From Escherichia coli (lineage in GTDB: Bacteria; Pseudomonadota; Gammaproteobacteria; Enterobacterales; Enterobacteriaceae): 64,000 nucleotides of DNA. Under the pieces are notes generated by a model that was given only the letters and a program-made list of their open reading frames with translations, searched no databases and was not told where the DNA came from. Of this stretch, positions 63,669 through 64,000 are shown piece after piece; position 1 is the stretch's first letter, and every line of letters starts with the position of its first letter. The DNA lies in the NCBI RefSeq assembly GCF_022846255.1, contig NZ_AP025682.1, one strand, 5' to 3'. The position numbers and the translations under genes are program-made.

Positions 63669-64000
63669 ATGAAAGTTAAATATAAAGTTTTCAGTAATCT
63701 TTATCAGGACTCAGTTTCTCTGATGCAGATTTCCGCGCAAATCAGCAAGTTGCCCGGTATTCAACAGGCCTCGGTCGTCATGGGAACACCCAATAATCTC
63801 GAGCAATTGAGCGATGCGGGTCTGGGTAACGAAATCAACGCCAGTCCCAATGATTTAGTGATTGCAGTCATGGGTGAAGAAGATATTTGCAATGAAGCAC
63901 TGGTACTGGCCCAGCAACGTCTGACCAGCAAACCCGATGATGAAACGGATAGTGGCATTAAAACACCGGAAAAGGTCAGCCTGGAAATGGCACTGGAAGC
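63669..64000 (+). CDS. FdrA/AllF-like protein (CoA-binding/succinyl-CoA-synthetase-like fold), N-terminal 110 aa only; continues beyond window
   Basis: MKVKYKVFSNLYQDSVSLMQISAQISKLPGIQQASVVMGTPNNLEQLSDAGL...SPNDLVIAVMG aligns with remembered FdrA N-terminus (FQDSVSLM...VMMGTP...TPNDI); no stop in window. Confidence 0.8.
   Translation, partial: MKVKYKVFSNLYQDSVSLMQISAQISKLPGIQQASVVMGTPNNLEQLSDAGLGNEINASPNDLVIAVMGEEDICNEALVLAQQRLTSKPDDETDSGIKTPEKVSLEMALE

Overview
The window is a ~64 kb stretch of an Escherichia coli-type chromosome, matching the K-12 86-88 min region in reverse orientation. Gene identities come from reading the translated ORFs and RNA sequences against remembered E. coli proteins and RNAs; nothing was searched or computed. 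The conserved backbone runs: sulfoquinovose (sulfoglycolysis) cluster yihV-yihU-yihT-yihS-yihR-yihQ-yihP-yihO-ompL, typA, glnA-glnL-glnG, yshB, hemN, yihI, CsrC sRNA, engB, Spot 42 sRNA, polA, yihG, yihF, dsbA, srkA, yihD, mobAB, a complete rrnA-type rRNA operon (16S, tRNA-Ile, tRNA-Ala, 23S, 5S), hemG, trkH, yigZ, pepQ, fadBA, fre, ubiD, rfaH, tatDCBA, ubiB, ubiJ, ubiE, rmuC, udp, ysgA. Against that backbone there are three apparent strain-specific insertions. The strongest candidate for an undescribed system is a 5.7 kb operon between rmuC and udp: an IclR-family regulator, a DgoK-like kinase, a DgoA-like aldolase and a TctCBA tripartite transporter, with a perfect palindrome upstream. The second is a TauE/SafE-family membrane protein gene sitting inside the sulfoglycolysis cluster between yihR and yihQ. 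The third is an operon after ysgA encoding a RutB-like cysteine hydrolase, a DUF2877-like protein and an FdrA-like protein, cut off by the window edge. In addition, ompL carries an in-frame TAA stop, and yihL-yihM-yihN appear to be absent between typA and ompL. No CRISPR array, integrase, transposase or phage genes were seen. The insertion calls depend on my recollection of K-12 gene order and need confirmation by alignment.
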